Source: Massalongia carnosa (taxonomy: Eukaryota). Taken from it: DNA of 64,000 nt. Positions 59,731 through 64,000 of this stretch are shown here, piece after piece (the first letter of the stretch is position 1; each line of letters starts with the position of its first letter). The position numbers and the translations under genes are program-made. Under the pieces are notes generated by a model, which ran no database searches, was not told where the DNA came from, and saw only the letters and a list, made by a program, of their open reading frames with translations. The stretch lies in contig OZ287067.1 of NCBI GenBank assembly GCA_965645245.1, positions 992,001-1,056,000 of the forward strand, written 5' to 3'.

Positions 59731-60249
59731 ATGACGATAGTGAAGAGTGAACGGCTTCTTCGAGAAAAGCTTCGCAAGCGAAGGACAAATCTGTTCAAGA
59801 AAGCGAACGAATTAGCTCGGATGACCAGCTCGAAAATATACGTAGTCGTTCAGCATGACGACAAATATTATACATATAAATCAACGGAAGAATTAAACTG
59901 GCCACCTTCCGAAAGAGAAATTGTGAGTACGTCTGATCTATTACGCTCAGACCATTACTAAGGATGACAGGGGATTCACGACCACAAGTACCATAGACGT
60001 CCTGCAGATTTTCACAGTCTTAAATCACAGGAGACTCAGAGGATGCGAAAAGCCAGTCAGCCCGATAAAGGCCAAGTCGGATTCAGGTTTCCAAAGGAGG
60101 CGGAACACAATGGAGATCGCGCCCTTGCTAGCAGACGTACCTTGACTGCAGCCCAGAACAAGTCCGTACTACGAGGTGGGTTGGAAGGCGTGAAATTTCC
60201 GATGATAATGTGGCTGGGCTATATAATAGGCTTGCAACGGGGAGTTTGA
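59731..60249 (+). CDS. Small MADS-box (SRF-TF-like) protein, 2 exons (59731-59922, 59971-60249)
   Basis: EKLRKRRTNLFKKANELARMTSSKIYVVV..YYTY..WPPS; intron GTGAGT...CTAA..CAG keeps the frame. Confidence 0.8.
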
Positions 60250-60404
60250 AAGAAGTCTTGGTGTGGCGGTAGATATCTAGGAATTATGCTAGAATTACCT
60301 TGAAAACGTCGATTGCAAAACCTTTAATCTCCCTAACTTTATGGTCAAGGCCGTCTCAAGAGGGACTTGTGAAGAAATACTCCCTCGTTTCCCCAACGAT
60401 GCAA

Positions 60405-62131
60405 TTACTTCTTGCCTCTCCCCTTTGGTTTCTTGAACACAGGTTCAGACGTCTGAGATGACAGGAGTTCCTCTTCTGTCTGTTGTGAGTATGAGGTGGT
60501 CAACTGGCTATCGTTCTGTTGGAAGGACCCAAGAGCTGATTGCTGCGAGAAAGACTCTACATCGAAGTCTTCTGGGTTGGGTAGCTGATCAATGGCGGAA
60601 CAGATTCTTTCGTGATGGATTGGATAGAACATGTCATAGACGTTCTTTGTAAATATCTGTGGGATCCACTTCTCTTCCTTGGTTGTGAAATAACACTTTT
60701 TGATTGGATCACGGTACCACACAGTATGGTTTCCCTCGATCAACGCATAATGACCGAACATTCTTACGGCCTCATTGTCGTGTGAGATTGAGTAGGTAAG
60801 GATTTTCCGGTTGAGCTCGTCTTGACGCGACACCAATCTATACAACTCGACGACAGCATTCGCCGCAACGGCGGCGCTATGAGCGTTCTGTCGCTCCGCG
60901 ATATGGAGTGCTTCGTTGCCACATTTTACTTCCGCCGTCAAGAATGGGAAAAACATCTCATCCGTGGCCACCAAACGAGACGTCGTCTGCCAATCACCAA
61001 TAGACGGTTGCAATTTCTTGAGTTGGTCAGCAGTGAATGCAGATGATCTGAGTCCGACGGCAAAGTCAGGCTGTGGGCGAGGACCTTTGATGAGAGGTAT
61101 GGATTTGATCCAACTTTCATCGACGGTTTCGATCAAGTGCTTGAGGTGTGTAGCACCATACATCGTCAAAGTTTCTGGAGAAGGCACTAGCAATCGACCA
61201 ATATCTTGAATGACTCTAGCCTCATTTTTGTTTCTTATATTGTCACAAGCCGTTTCGAAGAGGTCATCTCGAAAGATTGTGTCCTTAGGAGTGGATTGCT
61301 CAGTATGAAGCAAGGCCTGGTAGAGGCTTTTGCACTCATTTGTAGGAGGCATCTCAGGCTTGCCCATATAGATTCCAGCAGATGCAAGAACGGTCTCATA
61401 GCGCCGGCTCTTGACGAGAGGATTCTTTCCTTCTCTGAGAGAAACACCACTTATATCTGATTCATGTTTGCTGAGAGACGGAGTTGACCTCTTCCGAGTA
61501 AGTGTATGAGCCATATTGCTGTCTCGGTTGAAATTTCCTCCAGACCAGCTTCCTTCTTCGATCCAACGCTGGATGGGGTTGACGTCACGGTGCTTGGTAT
61601 CACTACGAAGGTCTGTACGTGTTGCAACAGCACGGTTTGCAGGTGAGGTTCGTTGACGTTTTCGGATAGGGCTTTCTCGGCGTTGGGAAGGTGTACAGGC
61701 AGCTCTTTTGGCCTCAGGTGTGTAATTCTGTCCAAGCTCTTCACTCCGTTTCCGTTTCCGCTTTCGATCTAGATTGGAATGGTTGATTGATTCCTGTGGA
61801 CGCTTTGGCCTAAGTCAGTGGTCGCAGTTGTACGCCGAGGGATTGTAGTATATACCTCTTTGTCAGGCGTGAGACTGGTCGGAGAAGGAAGTTGCAATAG
61901 TCGTTCTTGAATCTCCGGTTGTTGACAAAGGCGTTTTCCCTCTTGTAGACGTGCGCTCTTACGAATAGGCGTAATCGACTTTATTCGTTTGATACCGCGC
62001 GATTGTGCTGCTATAGGTTGTCAGCTGAGGGACGGTTTGGGATTTATGGTGGCTATTTTACCTTGGCTTTTCAGCAAAGGTTGCCGCCCATATCTCTTAA
62101 CATCCGATTTTGCTCGTGGTGGGGACATCAT
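60405..62131 (-). CDS. Fungal PD-(D/E)xK-like (DUF7924-type) protein, multi-exon
   Basis: NEARVIQDI, PRPQPDFAVG, FPFLTAEVKCG, AERQNAHS; frame stays open upstream of 61514 to an acceptor at ~61810; start approximate. Confidence 0.7.
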
Positions 62132-63457
62132 GATTGGGAATGAGGGGACAGGAGGCATTCGTCTTTATTGCCGCTTGGTGCACTGTAGGATGGTGTTACG
62201 AATAACACCGACGGAAGGTGTGGTGGTTGGCAGGCAACGAAGCCTTGGCGGCGGCATAATTTTGGCTGCTACAGTAGCCTAATTGGTCCATGAGTCATCG
62301 GACAATTCGGCCCGTCCGCCTGAAACATATCGTTCTATGCAGCTGAACACAGCGCTCACAGATCCAATGCAACCATTCACAGCCACTGCGAGAGCCGCTA
62401 ATGGCGGGCCGGTGTTTCCGCTGCGCTATCAGATACCATTTTATGCACGATTTACTAATTTCGGCATGGTAGCCTACGCTGTTAGCTATAGTGAGCTAAC
62501 AGGTCCAATGTAGAAGGCTAGCACGGAATAATTGTTGCTCTAGCAATTCATGTATAAGAACACTGCTAAATACCTGCTTCATCACCGTATTTTCATTGCC
62601 TTACCCAACGCATTCTGATCTCAGTCTTAGGCTTCCCTCCACAATACCCACCTGCTGCAAGAAATCCCATTTTGCAAACCCACTTGTGGTGCTTTTCCCG
62701 GAAAAAGTATGGCTAGTAACCGAATTCTTGATAAAGTGGTTCTAGCCACGATTCAAAAGGCTTCTCAGCGGTTTGTACTTGAGGCAGCGACAGAGACACA
62801 AACATTTCAACGAACCGAGGAGCATGTCAATGCCGCCAAAGCCAGAATAATCGGTATTGTCCAGGGCAGTGATAAGATGTTGCCTGCAAATACGGCGAAA
62901 GCGGTTGTGCGGTGAGTGCTCAGCCAAGATGCCGGATATAGACATAGCTCTGAACTTCGACGAAGCGAATTTGAACATGGAGCCGATAATCATATCGACG
63001 TGGTCTGCCTTGATAAGGATGGCAAATACATTAAGACCGAGCATATTATACCAAAGAAATGAGACTCGACGGGTTGACTGTTACAGGCGGGCATGAATCG
63101 TAGGTATTTTGGGGCTGCCTTGATCTTGATTTGTAAATTGGGTTAGACGGAGAGCAAGCCTTGACTCTAGAGCTAGATGGGAAGCATTTAGATACAATCA
63201 GAAAAGTGTTGGACATCGACATAGGTGGGGGAGTATGGTACTATATTATGTTCCGTGCAAAGTCAGGCCACATGTTGTAGAGACAGTGCTAGTAATGATC
63301 CACGTAAGCTGCTGCGTCAGTCCTTCACGATGAAAGAAGCTGATTAGCGTTGAACGGCTGCTGAGCACCATTTTAAGCTGCAATTCTAGCATTACAAGAC
63401 CAGGCATATTCTTGATTTCCATAGAAAAAGAACCTGAGATGAAAGTAATGCGAGATG

Positions 63458-64000
63458 CTAATCCGCAACGCCCGAAAGCCATCGGTCCTGCAGAAGGTCT
63501 TGGGCTGATGGTCGATCTCTCGGGTCAAGCTTCATTAATCTATCAAGGAAAGCCATGGTCTCCTTACAGAAATGAATAGCAAGTGTATTTCTGTATTTCC
63601 TTCTCCCTCCTTTTTGAGTAACAAGCCCCTCAATACCGTGGAGGTATTCTGCCGTGACGGTGTCTGAAAGTTCCACGTATTTGTCTGGAAAAGGTCCAAA
63701 ATAAGCACATTGAAGCGTAAGGACCATAACCGGATATATCTCATCTTTCTCATCCACTCCAAGCGGACTAAACAATCTGGCTCCGGTTAGAGCCCACGTT
63801 ATCTACGCTTAAAATTAATATGCTTGTCTTGCTTTCACTGGTAATCATGGTTGCCACATACCAGCGTGCCAAGAGCCCATAGATCCACTTTTGTTGTCCA
63901 GGGCAGTCCAAACAACCCTTCGGGTGCGCGATACGTCGGATGAGTAAAGATATGGTGTGTAGCCGGCTCTATTCTGATGGAATCACCCAGGTCGATCAGT
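63458..64000 (-). CDS. Ser/Thr protein kinase, C-terminal lobe (partial)
   Basis: LIDLGDS..YRAPE..VDLWALG, intron, then FGPFP..LMKLDPRDRPSAQDLLQDRWL. Confidence 0.85.

Noticed and set aside
60405..64000. Spok-type meiotic driver (nuclease + kinase)
   Set aside because: The PD-(D/E)xK-like and kinase genes are separate loci in the wrong order, and I recognise no Spok sequence

Overview
Eukaryotic DNA, most likely a filamentous ascomycete (short GT..CTAAC..AG introns, fungal chromoviruses, RIP-like hypermutation). About 48 kb is a nested LTR-retrotransposon pile. It holds four young, essentially unmutated Ty3/gypsy chromovirus copies from three families (A1 partial at 1-3290, B 4852-10703, C 19833-27358, A2 32196-38876) and a C-family solo LTR. 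It also holds three old, heavily C>T-mutated elements (two truncated copia copies and gypsy F, 32155-48742) and a 2.4-kb non-autonomous LTR element G (39057-41439) whose single ORF is not gag/pol. These insertions split at least two decayed genes: a DUF6532-like gene and a sirtuin + Ulp1/C48-protease fusion. The last ~11 kb holds accessory-type genes (DUF3723 with coiled-coil repeats, PLAC8, MADS-box, PD-(D/E)xK-like, protein kinase) that resemble Starship cargo; no tyrosine-recombinase captain is in the window. Main observations: (1) four covarying ENE/double-ENE-like U-rich triple-helix elements in the 3' UTR of element C; (2) element G with a 4-bp TSD, a tRNA-type PBS and a membrane-anchored, YVPPHLR-bearing ORF; (3) RIP-like mutation biased to CpC>TpC rather than CpA; (4) the sirtuin-Ulp1 fusion; (5) an intron-containing antisense Zn-cluster-like gene inside element F. 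Domain names come from motif recognition by eye, not from database searches.
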